Below are positions 13,475-26,165 of a stretch of DNA of 64,000 nt, in pieces. The DNA comes from Eledone cirrhosa (Eukaryota), in assembly GCA_964016885.1 (NCBI GenBank), contig OZ024741.1, forward strand, positions 280,736,001-280,800,000, given 5' to 3'. The position numbers and the translations under genes were made by a program. Under the pieces are notes generated by a model, which searched no databases, had not been told where the DNA came from, and saw only the letters and a program-made list of their open reading frames with translations. Position 1 is the first letter of the stretch; every line of letters begins with the position of its first letter.

Positions 13475-13950
13475 GTAAGTATTATCTGCATTTGGATATT
13501 ATGATAGTGTAGGTGTTAGTTAGACTGCTTAGATGATGTTATAGTGTATTAGTTAGATGGCCTAAATTATCTATGGCAGCTTTGTTTAATACCTAATATT
13601 GCCAAAGTCTACTTTGTTTTCCAACCCTCTAGACTGAATAATTTGGCAGCAAAGTAGCTGTCAATAGAATATTGGACAGAATGGTTTGTGGCAATAATTC
13701 CAGCTCCCTGCGCTGATTTCAGATCCCACCAGCGTTAACTTTGCATTTCATCCTGTAGACCGCGATAAATATAGCTGAAAATATAAACCATATGCTTCAT
13801 GGTTGAGTGGTTGGCATTAAACCATGCTTTCATCCTTTAAAAAAAAAATAATCCCACACTTTCTACAAACAAGTTATAGAAATGCCCTAAACTTTATTTT
13901 TATCCATGTATTTGAGATGTTTATCTGTATTTTCATCTCATTATTTGCAG

Positions 13951-14076
13951 CAAAAATCAAAAGCTCTCCAGATGGAAACAGATATGAAATTTGGTACCAA
14001 ACCTTGTATCACTCCAAAGAAACGTCTCCGAACGCCAGGGACACCATCTATGATGACAATCAATAAAACTCGAAGG
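13951..14076 (+). CDS. PRC1: PRC1 coding exon (basic region with TP motifs)
   Basis: gcag acceptor, gtaaca donor, 126 bp. Encodes QKSKALQMETDMKFGTKPCITPKKRLRTPGTP, with CDK-type TPxK/R sites. Confidence 0.92.
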
Positions 14077-14138
14077 GTAACAATCATTTATTCACTCATT
14101 ATTAAGCAATAACAAGGGAAATGGATTTGGCAGAATCA

Positions 14139-14354
14139 TTAACGCTTTAGCATTTAAACTGGCCCTATCCGGCCAGAATTCTCTCACATCTTTCTGTTGA
14201 ATCCAGCTGTAACCAGCCACTCATACTGATATTAAGGTATTGTTCTCAAAATAGATAATATCAAAATCTCATACATTCAATATTATGTGAGGTAAAGCCT
14301 TTACCATGAAAATACAACAGTTTATATAGAGTAATATAAATGCTAAAGGGTTAT
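14139..14354. mobile_element. MITE nested in a tRNA-derived SINE
   Basis: Same family as 3981-4186. SINE sequence resumes on both sides (ggatttggcagaatca | atagcatc...gagttcaaat). Confidence 0.7.
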
Positions 14355-17300
14355 AGCATCAAATTGAATGAATGCTTTGCTGTATTTATTTCAGTACTCT
14401 GCATTGTGAGTTCAAATAATGCCACAGTCAACTTTGCCTTTTATTCTGCCAAGATTAATAAAATACCAGTCATATACTGAGGTCTATAATTGACTTTCTG
14501 TCCTCTCAGAATTGCTGTCCTTGAGCCTAAATTAAGTGATGGCTGTGTTGTTTCAAAATAATAATTTTTTTAATGAGGCATTCATTAGTAACAGGACTAC
14601 TGTTTTAAAAGCTGGGAGTCGATTCTCTCTCTCTGGAAGAAATCTGTTGTACTCAGGCCTAGAGAGGAGGTGGGCTCCGTCAGATTTAAAACAGCTTTAA
14701 GAAACGCTGTTTGTCAATATGGTGCCCCTATGACTCCCTCGAGAATTACAGGTCCATACCATACTAATCAGTCCAGTAAGCTTTCTTTAGGATTTTTTAT
14801 TATTTTTATCTTACCATAGCTTCATAAATGATTATAAAATAACATTTGATTTCAAAAACATTGATTTTGGTTTTTGTGCAAAATTTCAGCGAAGTCAGAC
14901 AATGCCAAGAGGCAGAGAAAAGGCAAGATACTTTAAACAGTATTTAATGTGGTTATTTTCTAGATTTCTTACTAACAGTATTCATTTTAGTTGTTGAACT
15001 AACTTCTAACTCTTCATAGTTTTTTAAAGCTCTTTTGATACTAACTTCGCCAAAACTGGTTTTGGTTCTATGAAACAAAGCCACCCATTTTTTAAAGAGT
15101 TCTGATTTATATAAAGTTATTGTTGAAAGATTTTAATTTATGAACCATCTGTTAGTGAAGATGCGTAAGCTAGTGGTTAGGCTATTGGACTTGGGATCAT
15201 AATATCACAGGTTTGATTCCTGGACTGGGTTGAGCAAAATACTTCATTTCACATTGCTCCAGTATAATCAGCTGAAAAAGAGTACTCACAGTAGCTGGAA
15301 GTTTAACCCTGCGATTTACTGGTGTCCTGTCCAGAGGGAATTTTTCTACTCTTAGTCGCTTGACACCAAGGTAATGGATAAGCACTGGCCTAATGAGCCT
15401 CCAGGCTTGAGACAGAATTTAGACATAATTTTCGTAAATCCTTCCAAATTCTTAATTAGTTAGAATAGTATATTTCATTAAACCCATGCTAGCATGGGAA
15501 ATGGACGTTAAATGGTGGTGGTGGTGGTAATGATGATGAGATACTGTTATGAAAGGGTTAAATATGTTTTATTAAGACCCACTAACTTGTTATAATATGC
15601 TAAGTTCTTGTGAAATTCAAGTCTTTCCTTCTTTTAAAGAGAATGGACTTCAAATTTGTTTCTTTAACCCTTTGGTTACCAACCCAACCAAAACCAGCTC
15701 TGGTTCTATGAAATAAAACCAGCCATTTTAAAGGTTTCCAATTTAAATTATTTCTTCTAACATAATTTTATATAAGAACCTTACATTAAGTTACTGTCTA
15801 AGTAATGAAATAATTAATTAAAATAGTGTTTCATTAGAAATGCAGTCATGGAAGGATTAAGTGTCTTTCTAAATTCATAAAATCCTCTTTTCTCCATTTA
15901 ACAATTTGTGTGTTGACAAAATTAGTTCTTGATAACTTCATTATTTAGCTCCAAGTCTGGTGTTTATTAACTAGTAATACCTTTAACTATTTACTAACTC
16001 TATTATATCTTGTCATATAAATTAGCTCAATTTACTGTTAATGTCTATTATGCTGTGTGCTTTCCGTAGTACAAATGCTTCTAAAAGGCAAGAAATTTAA
16101 AACTTGTTTTAACGCCATTTTGTCAGAAAATATAGTGCTGGATTGTCTTCTATGTACTAATATCACCATTATCATTTTATATTCATTTTTTTCCATACTG
16201 ACAATCTTGGTGTTTTCATATTTGTCATTGTCTTTTATCATCTAGCACACAGCATTTTTTTAAATAGTTTTTGAAGTTAGACAACTTTCCTATCAGTGAC
16301 CACTTTACTATGTTTACTAAGTTAATTCTCACATGCCATTGTCATTAGATAGTCCTCTCTAATCTGTAGCAGGTTTTATTCAGTTGCTGCTTTTCTAGAT
16401 GGTTGCTTTTGCTGTAGCTTGCAGAATCCTTATCTCCTCCATATAAATTAGTTGGGAGAATTAAGGAAATACCTATGATCTTTGCAGTCTGATGTGATTG
16501 CTGCCCAGTTTGAACATCTACAGAGGGAATTGTAGGCCTAATGTGAATTCATGTGACAGTGAACTCCATTGAAAGCACCCAAGGATCAGGCAGTGTGTTA
16601 GATTTTTCCTCTCAAAGGAAAAAAGGGTTATATGTTATTGTCAACAGCACTGGAAAAGGGGAAGATTCAGTTATGTTGTGATAAAAATAAATTTGAACAT
16701 GTCAGGTGTGGGCTTTTTTTTTTTTTAAAGATATGGCTCACCACAAGGTGGACTACATTACTAAAATAATTCAAAGTAATTTGAAAATTAGGCATGCCAT
16801 TCAGAAAGCCAAACAGGCCACGGTTTGCTAATGACTGCTATACATAACAGATCAAATCTTTGCTGCTATTTTTAGTTCTTAACCAGCTCAGTCCAGAGTT
16901 GAGCTTTTATCATTGTTGGCAGTTACAATTTGGTATCTAGTGCCATCACTGGATGTGGATAGGGCTGAAACATTATGCTTTGAAATCTGTTTTGTTGATA
17001 CCAGTGGCAATCTTTTCCACTTATATTCCTTTTTCTATATTTCATAATGATAATTACCATTTTCAAAATTTCATTTATCTTCAGTGTATATTTGTAGTGT
17101 AAAATTTAATTTTTTTTTACAATAAAGCTTGGAACTTACTTTAAGGTATTTAGTTCCTTTCCTTGTTGTCTAAATCTCATTGGACTCAACTCAACTGTTG
17201 ATCTACAGAGGAGATGGGAACAATTAAGCCTTTTAATACCAATGCTTCCGTGTAAGAATTTTTTATGTTACAAATAACATTCATTTTAATAATGAAATAA

Positions 17301-18049
17301 TTCGATTTTAGTAAATCCTTCCAAATTCTTTATTAAAATGCAATAAAACTTTGGTCCACAAACAATTTTTCTGAGCATAAAACGTAAGAAATCAGTTATT
17401 TATGAAATTACATATTTCAAATTTGTTGGATCTTTTGGTTGGAATTTCTGTCTTTCTGTAAATATTGAAATGTTTTTTCATTAACTCAAATTGCATAAGA
17501 TTCCTATGCCATAACTAATCATTATTGGTAGAGGGTCGGACGCCATGCTTTGCCTTTCATCCTTATGAGGTCGATAAAATAAAGTACCAGTAATGAACTG
17601 GGATGATTGCTGGCCTTGTGCCAAAAGTAGAAACAATTATTAATATTCTAATCCGGCCATTTAATTTCTGGTTTCAAATTCCTCTGATGTCACCTTTGCC
17701 TTTCATCTTTAGGGGGTCATTATCATCATCATTTTTACGTTCACTTTTCTATGCCGTCATGGTTGATGAAAAATAAAGTAGTGGTCAAATACTGGGGTTG
17801 GTATAATCAACTTTCCTGTCTCCACCAAAAATGCCTGGCTTTGTGTCTATATTAGAAACTATTATAATTAATGTTCTGTGGCAAGGGTAGAAACAGTTGC
17901 AGACATCACGTTGCAGTATTTTTTACTGAAGTACCATTACATTCTGAGTTCAGATCCTGCCAGCATTGAATTAGCCTTTCAAACCTCTCTTGGCAATTCT
18001 ATCAACTATGCCCCTCTCTCCCTTATAATGTTGCGAGTTGAACAACTAT

Positions 18050-19615
18050 AATTGTTTATTTTATATTTGTATTGCTTTATTATGTTTAATGAGTCCCTCC
18101 TGGATGAAGTCACTGCAGCGTTAGATGTAGTTAAGAATGAGTCATATATCCTGATGGGAAATTTAATGCACATGTTGGCACTAACCACATGACATGGAAA
18201 GGAGTGATTGGAATGAAGTGGCCTTATTAGACTACTGTTCAAGCAATGGACTCTATTATGAACACCTTCCAGCACACACATCCATAAATATGCATGGTAG
18301 AAGGGGACTCAGTTACAGAGATCAATAATTGGTTTTGTTATTACCTCTGATCTCTTCGATTCTGTGCTGGATGTTCGTGTTAAGAGAGGGGCTGAGCTGT
18401 CAACTGATCACCATCTAGTTATCTGCAACTTGAGACTACCTAAAGTCAAAGAAGCCCACAAAACTGGCAGGTCCAGAGTGACCTACAGAATAGTGGGAAG
18501 TGTTGGTGGATAAGGAAGTCAGGAACAGGTATGCAGATACTATTGTATCCAAATTCAGGGAACTCCCTCCCTAAAGACGTTGAGACAGGCTGGAGATTGT
18601 TCAGATCAGCAGTTTTTGCTTCAGCTATTAAATGCTGCGAGCAAAAGAGGCTGGGCGTGGTGCCAAATGGCAGAAAGGCCACTTTGTTTCAATTAAGAAG
18701 TCAAAGATAGCATCCAAACAAAGTAGGAGGCCTGCAAAGCTTGGCTTGGACATAAGTCCTTCTTGCAGTACAAGTAAAGCACACAGAATTGCAGCGGGTG
18801 TAAAATCAGTCTGCTGAAATTTGCAAACATCATGGTGTTACTTAAATTGACAGAAGGTGGTCTCTGACTTGCACTGATAAGTTTGATTTCAAGTACTGCA
18901 TAGCTGGAATGAAAATTGGTGCCGCAATTACTGAGGCACTCGTCCTCTCAAGGAAGCCTGCGCAGTGCATCCTACATGTGAATGAAGCTCCACTGAAGCA
19001 GGTAGAGAAGTTCAAGTATCTTGGGGATGTATTCATGAGTGATGGAAGGTAGTGGGGCTGAATTAAGTGCAAGAATTGCAGGAGCTGGTGCAGTAATGTG
19101 TCAGCTTCAGCATTCGGTAATCAGAAGGGAGGTATGTGTAAAAGCCAAACTCGCTATCTTCAATCCAGTATTCGTGCCAACCCTTATCTATGGCCATGAA
19201 TCTTGGGTAATGACAAAAAGAATACGATTGCGAATACAAGGAGCCGAAATGTGCTTCCTCAGAAGGGCCTTTGGAGTACCGCTACTCGATAGTGTGTAGC
19301 TCAGAAATCGGAGTCACTCTAGGTAGAGCTGCTACTTCTCCAAATTGAGCGATCAGAGCACCGATATTATGGGCATGGGGGTAGAATGTCTCAGGAAATA
19401 ATTGCTGGACAGATTTTATGGGCAAAACCAACTGACAGGAGACTTGGGTAGATTCTGAGCAAGATGGTTAGATAACATCCATGAGATTGGCTGGTCTTGC
19501 TTGGGGATCCAGCTGGATCAAATGGAGTGGGTTGCTTCTGAGAGGACCTGCTGGAAGGAGTGTTTGAGGATTCTTCCCCCACAATCCTCTCAGGAATAAG
19601 TGGGCGAAGATGATG
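18050..19615 (+). mobile_element. decayed, internally deleted RTE LINE
   Basis: AP-endonuclease remnant (GAELSTDHHLV at about 18388), then EKFKYLG and PTLIYGHESW, and a gaagatgatg tail. Confidence 0.78.
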
Positions 19616-19826
19616 TTTAACTCTTGAAAAGTACAAAGCAGCACTGTTACTGCATTACATTGAAAATTAGTCTTTACTATTAAACTGCAAATTTTAACAA
19701 TCTGTCCAGTAATTTTTTAAATGCTATATAAATATTTGAATTAACAAATCCATTTTTAGATATTTCATTTTCTGCTACATCAGGTTAAAAGTTAATATTT
19801 TGTTATCTCAAATTATTTTTTATTAG

Positions 19827-19898
19827 ATATTATCTGGAATGCGGACACCTTTGTCAACTACCCGAGCTAACAACACCAACATAAATGTTACAAAATCC
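19827..19898 (+). CDS. PRC1: PRC1 short coding exon
   Basis: ttag acceptor, gtatgt donor, 72 bp, phase 0, open frame ILSGMRTPLSTTRANNTNINVTKS. This region is poorly conserved. Confidence 0.72.
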
Positions 19899-20255
19899 GT
19901 ATGTATTATGAAAGATCAAAGTATTTTTTCTATCTATTATAGTCACATCCATTTTATTTTGGCTGTTTAATATATTATTCCAACTCCCAGATTTTCTTGT
20001 AAATTATTAGTTAGAGCATCATGTTTATTAGAAGCGCAAACTACAATGTAATGAACACAATCTAACATAGTATATTTGTACAATAGTAAAATGTTTCAAG
20101 GTATTAACCCTTTTGATACCAACCTGCCACAAAGCCTGGCTCTATTTCTATGAAACAAAACCTCCCATTTTAATACATTCCAACATAATTTAATATAAGT
20201 ACTTTTTCTTTTGCTATTGTTGCGAATATCATTTTGATAACGAAATAACTGATTT

Positions 20256-20458
20256 TAGTAAATCTTTCCAAATTCTTCATTAATTAATTCCAACACAGTA
20301 TATCTCATTAGAAATATGGTAATGAAAGGGGATTGTAAATGTTCAAGATATGGTGAAAAGCCACATCCTGAACAACTACAATCCCCTTTCATTACCATAT
20401 TTCTAATGAGATACAATGTGTTAGAATGAATTAATGAAGAATTTGGAGAGATTTACTA
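20256..20458. repeat. ~200-bp imperfect fold-back inverted repeat
   Basis: 20256-20353 pairs with 20361-20458, for example ctcattagaaatatggtaatgaaaggggattgta with tacaatcccctttcattaccatatttctaatgag. Confidence 0.9.
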
Positions 20459-21809
20459 TCATAGGATAGTTTAGCAGAACAGGTCGGATCTAGAGGAGTA
20501 GACAGTAGCTCATGCGATGATAATCAGTTTAATTAGATAACTTTGGCATCATAATCACCAGTGCCTTCACAGATGATTGTCTATTAATTTGACAATGGGT
20601 TGGCCCAACTGCTCCCATTAGCAGAGAAATCTATAACAGCAACACTGGGTTGTATGTACAATGTTTATTGTTCTGAACCCCAAACAATATATTACTGTAT
20701 TTAGTTTCATTTTACATTGGGTTTTTACGTGAGCATAAATTAGACTTACCATCCAGCTCTGAATCAGTTTATATTCAGTTATAGCTGGGAATCACAATTA
20801 ATTCATACTTTTCATACATTCCATTTTGGGCATTGATTCTACAGCTGGATGCCCTTCCTAATGATACCAGCACTGGTGAGGCTGCCTTGTATGCTGCAAG
20901 GCTAAGAAATCTTCACTCCTCTATGTTGTCTCTTCCATTCGAGACAATGCGACCAAGAGGGTGAATAGAAATGAACAATATTCGGAGGAACTAAGGTGAG
21001 AATGACATAAGAGAGTATAATGAGAAAATTAGTGATTGGGATGAGACTGATTGCTGCTACTTCTTTCCTAGTAAGAGTGAGCCATGGATAGTAATACAGA
21101 AGGTGGTTGATGGTAAACGGGTGATGGTTGGTTGTAGGTTGTACTGAATACAGAGGGGTCCAATATAATCCCCCATTACAGAAGTCTGTTACTTTCAAAC
21201 AAAATGCTTTTTGGAATTTGTTCCAGCTCTCTATTTTCTGAGTTCAAATCTCGCCACTTTTCCTTTCATCCTTCTGAGAGTTGATAAAATAAAGTACCGG
21301 TCAACATTCCCCTCGCTACAAAGCCATTCTGGCTTTGTAACAATGTTAGAAAGAATTATTACACAGACAACATAGTTACTACCACATTTTAAAATCTGAT
21401 TAGCTATGCCTACACCAGTGGGTAGAGTCTTCTCCTGCACCATGTTAGCCATTGTCATCTCCTTCATAACGTTCAGCACCTCATGTCTTCTTCTTCCACT
21501 TCTTTTAACCTACTTATGTGTGTCTGTGTTGGCATTCTATTGGTTTAGATGAGTGTTGCAATCAACAGAACAGCTTGCTCGTGAAAATAATATGCAAGTG
21601 GCTGACCATTCCACAGACATGTGTACTCTTAACATATTTCTCAGGGAGATTCAGCATGACACATTTTTGCCAGCTGACTAGTTTGGAGGAATGTAAAATA
21701 AAATGCCTTGCTCAAGGTCATAATGTATCGCCAGGAATTGAACTCATGACCTTACGATTGTGAGCTAAATACTCTAACTACTAAGACACGCACATTAATA
21801 TGAAAATGA

Positions 21810-23265
21810 AACGGAGGATGGGAGACTGTCCCCAACAGAGGGACCAGCTATTGAAATTGACAGGTATAGCATCAAAGCAATCAAGATGAAAAATGGTAAA
21901 GATGCGGGTCTGTCTGAGATAGTTGCTGAGATGCTGAAAGCATTTGGGGAAGTATGAGTTGAACTAGTCACCCACATAGTCAATTAGATTATACAGGGCA
22001 GGGCCATACATAATGACTGGTGCAGCAACAGAATTACAAGGGAAAAGAGGATACTCTATAAAGGAGTAACTACAGAGGAACAAAACTAATGGATTAAGTT
22101 ATGAAAGTGACTGTTCTAGCACAACTAATTAGGGAAAGAGTCGAATGAGACCAGATGTAATTTGGTTTCATGCCAAGGAGGCGCATCACAGATGTTCTTA
22201 GCTAAGGGTAAGTTGATCTCGAGAAAGCCTTTGACGTAGTACCCTGATCGGTCATCTGGTTGTCTTTAAGGAAACTAGGTGTAGAAGAGTGGTTTGTAAA
22301 GGCAGTGCAAGCCATGTATACAGGAGCTTTAAGTAAAGTGAGAATATGAAGTGACTTTAGTGAGGGTTGAGTTCTTAGCCCACTCCTGTTTATCCTACTC
22401 TTCCTGGCCATAATAAAGGAGTTTAAGACTGGGTGCCCATGGGGACTTCTGTATGCCAATAATCTGGTCCTTGTAACTGAATCTGTGGAAGAACTAGAGA
22501 ATGAATTCTGGCTGTGGAAAGAGAACTCAGAATCAAATAGGTTGAGAGTAAATTTAACATAAACTAAAATGTTGAGTAGAAAAGAAGATATGGCATTGAT
22601 CTCATCAAGGAAGTGGCCTTGCTCGATATGTAGAAAAGGAGTAGGTATAAACTCTATATGATATACATAATGCAAATCTTGGATACACAGGAGGTGTAGT
22701 GGGATAACAGGAAAGGAAGACTTTGTATGTAGTAGATGTTCAAGGACAATTGATAGTGTGCAAATAATAATAATAAACCTTTTCCAATCACAGGAAGGAA
22801 GCATAGAAGTGATTGATAGCTTCTGCTACCTAGGTGATCTAATTGACAGTGGAGGAGGGTGCCCCCGAGAGCATAGTAGCTCGAATAAGAACAGGAGGGA
22901 AGAAGTTTAGGGAACTAACAACAAAAGGTTTCTCCCTACAAATGAAAGGTCGGAAGAGAAATGAAGCAAACATGCTTTGATCGATGTGCAATGTTAATAT
23001 GCGAGAACAGCATGGCTGGATTGAGGGAGAAACTGGGTATGAGAGGAATTAGAAGTAATGAGAAGAGATTGCGTTGGTATGGACATGTGATGTGCATGGA
23101 TGGTGATTGCTGGATGAAGTGCCAAGTAATCCCAGTGGATAAAAGTGGTGAGAGCTGATCTCAGATTACTAAAGCTCACGGAGATGGCAAAATAACGCAA
23201 CAAGTGGAGAGATGCTGTACTTAGGACCCATGCAAGCATAGAACAACAGGTGCAAAATCATGATG
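21810..23265 (+). mobile_element. decayed RTE LINE (RT region to 3' end)
   Basis: Remnants DLEKAFDVVP, GCPWGLLYANNLVL, SFCYLGD and RLRWYGHVM, with many stops and frameshifts. Confidence 0.82.
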
Positions 23266-23382
23266 CGTATTGCCAAAACCAATATATATATATTATATAT
23301 TTGTCATTGCAATATGCTACTGTTTGAGAATTGTTTTCATGCCTAAATAAGTGATAAAATTGTACATTGACTAAATTTTTAG

Positions 23383-23526
23383 GTAACGCCTCGTCGAAAA
23401 TCTAACCGCTATCGACCGTGGGATAAGAATGCTGACCGTACCCACAAGATGTTACATAAAACAATAAGAGGAGGTATACAGAAGGATTCTAGTTTTGGAT
23501 CAACAGGAAGTTACAATGAATTTGCT
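23383..23526 (+). CDS. PRC1: PRC1 penultimate coding exon
   Basis: ttag acceptor, gtaagt donor, 144 bp. Ends SSFGSTGSYNEFA, compare human SVASTYSEFA. Confidence 0.88.
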
Positions 23527-23629
23527 GTAAGTATTTGAAAAATAATCCCTTTTTTTATTTTTTTTTAACGCAATAATATCAAATTTTAAATTATGTATCC
23601 TCATTTTGTTTACATTTTCTCTTTTGCAG

Positions 23630-23815
23630 AAAACATTGAATTCAGTAGAGCGTATGAATTATCGTAGTAGTATAATAGAATCTAGCCAATCAGCACATCT
23701 TACGGCTAAATCTAAGCTGACTCCCATACCACAAGGAATATCTATTACACCAAAGTCAAAGCTGTTGAACACACCGCGAACACCAGCTCACACTCCGATG
23801 TCAACACGGCTGTAA
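23630..23815 (+). CDS. PRC1: PRC1 terminal coding exon
   Basis: gcag acceptor. Encodes KTLNSVERMNYRSSII...TPKSKLLNTPRTPAHTPMSTRL, then TAA. Confidence 0.86.
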   Translation, partial: KTLNSVERMNYRSSIIESSQSAHLTAKSKLTPIPQGISITPKSKLLNTPRTPAHTPMSTRL

Positions 23816-25040
23816 ACTTAAAATTAGCTTAAGCATTAAGATATGATTGTCAATCACAAAACAAAACCCACATATATTTGTTGAGAAAGTTTTATTGGAA
23901 TATAAGTATTGTACACCTTTTTTTACTGATTGGCACAAAAATAACCAAGCTATATATTTTAGATTGGTGTAAGAAATACTGTGTGTTAATATGGCACCCC
24001 TCTCTTTCAGGAGTTACAGGAGAAAAGTAAAAAAAAAAAGTACATCATCAGTTGCACTAAAGCCTGTTTATGGTCAAATTTATATCTGTACATAAAATCT
24101 GTTAATATATATATATTGCACTTCACCATATTCTGTTGCATACAGCTTCATTTTTTTTTTTATCACTGAATTTATAGTATCTTAGGGTTTTGCTTAGCTT
24201 TGCATCCTATGCTAGTGTACAAAGCAAAATATTCTTTGCTTTGTTTGCAATGATTGTATGTGAACTTGTGAATGTGTTGGTGTTTGAGATGACATTACTA
24301 TTTTAAACAAACAATTTCAACCACATTCATTTTTTTATCTATATTCTTTCTTTCTATATTAACTAGATATCAAAATATAATTCTTATCAATACTATTTAT
24401 AACAATTGTGGATTGGAAAAGATGTTAAACAAGTAAGGGTGATTGACAGAGCTGTTGGAGCAGTGAACAAGATGCTTTGTGGTATTTGTTCCAGCTCTTT
24501 GTTCTGAGTTCAAATCCCATCAAGGTCAATTTTGCCTTTTATTGTTCTAGGGTTGATAAAATAAAGTTGATTTAACCAACTTTGCCCTTCTGCCAAAATT
24601 AGAAACTATTTTAAAATCTTTTGCCTAGTCAGGATTTTATTTATCTGAAAAAACTAACAATGTACATAAAAATATGTTCCATAAAAAAGAAAATGCAATA
24701 CTGTGTCCTAGACAAGTTGATTATAAAAGGTATAGGTACAACCAGCCTAAAATTACTAACAAATAAATATTGGAAATAGCACATATTTCTATGTATATGT
24801 ATGTGATGATTTTGTATTGTTATAAATAGTAACAAATAATAATTGCAATGTACACAATCTAGATTATAATTAGTATATAATTTTGAAACAGCTAAATGCT
24901 TTTAGGTTTTAAAAAAAGCAGGATTGTAGTTCAGGACCCTAAACTTAATGACTTAATGCATTACTACACATTCTATTTCTTTGGTTGTATATACATCGTT
25001 TTTCGAGTTGTCAAGAACATTTTCTATTTAAGTTTATTTC

Positions 25041-25046
25041 AATAAA
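25041..25046 (+). promoter_or_regulatory. candidate PRC1 polyadenylation signal
   Basis: AATAAA followed by a T/GT-rich tract, about 1.2 kb after the stop codon. Confidence 0.4.
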
Positions 25047-26061
25047 GATTGTCTTTACATTTTTTGTTAAATGTTATTATTTTATATATGTTGGGTGAAA
25101 GATTATAAATTGTTAGCAATGATATTTGAGGTTTATATGAATGTTTATGTATAATTATATACATATATATCACTGTTTTAAACTGTAATATGTTCACAGC
25201 TTAAAACGTTCATAGACAATACTTGGTAAATATAGATCTGTGCTGAGGGTTACTACTGTACACTATTTCTGAATGCAGAAGTTGATGTCTCATCGGGTGG
25301 TGAAGTAACTATGGTTTTTCGGCCTTTTTCACCAGAGCTACTCGGGGCTACCTTCCAATGTAGGCGATGAAATTCTTGCACAACAGCACAATCTTTGATG
25401 AGTCTGTTGTTGTGACTCAGTCCACCTCAATGCATCAGATTTGCATGAAATTTGATGGGTCTGGAGTTATGACTCCTATCAGGATGTCTCCATCCCACTT
25501 CAGTGTGTCAAGCGCACCATTCATCTTCTCTTTTGAGCTAGATGTAGTAACTCTCTTTCTTTCAAAAGGTGTTTCCTTTCTTTTGCTGCCAGTTAAACCT
25601 GGTTCCAACAAATCCCCTGACTCCTACCTGGTAAGAGCAGACCTCAGATTGCTGAAACTCACCGAGGAGATGACAAGTGGTGAGATGTGCTGAATAGGAC
25701 CCGTCCAGCCCTTGCAAGCAGGGAAAAGCGGATGTAAAATGATGATGATGTTTATTATACATTATATATGACTGCAATTATGAATCACGCTGTGTTAGTG
25801 CTACTGCTAAGTATTGTAATGTTTATTTTGTTTTTGTAATTCTGAAATTGCAATTCTGCATTTTGCTATAATGGAACTATTAAATAAAATGCTTTTTAAA
25901 ATTCTTTTTGTTTAGACTAAAATTTAAGATGGAAGACATTTGATTTTTCACTCTTAACACCTTGTGATGATTTGGTAGAAAATATCTAAAAACAGATTTG
26001 TTAATTCAATTGCTTATGGTAACTTTATTGATGGACAGATGGTGAAAATCTAAAGTAAATG

Positions 26062-26165
26062 CTTTAGTCCTCTTCACCCACTTATTCCTGGGAGGGTCGT
26101 GGGGAGTACTTGAGTACTCTTCTCACACGACCCTCCAAGGAACAAGCAGACAAAGAAGACTAAAG
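26062..26165. repeat. ~104-nt imperfect hairpin from a fold-back RTE 3' end
   Basis: ctttagtc...ttcctgggagggtcgtg...agtact pairs with agtact...cacgaccctccaaggaa...gactaaag. The arm resembles the RTE tails at 19575-19610 and 36250-36290. Confidence 0.75.

Noticed and set aside
22202-22804. 200-aa minus-strand ORF
   Set aside because: Antisense frame of the decayed RTE element.
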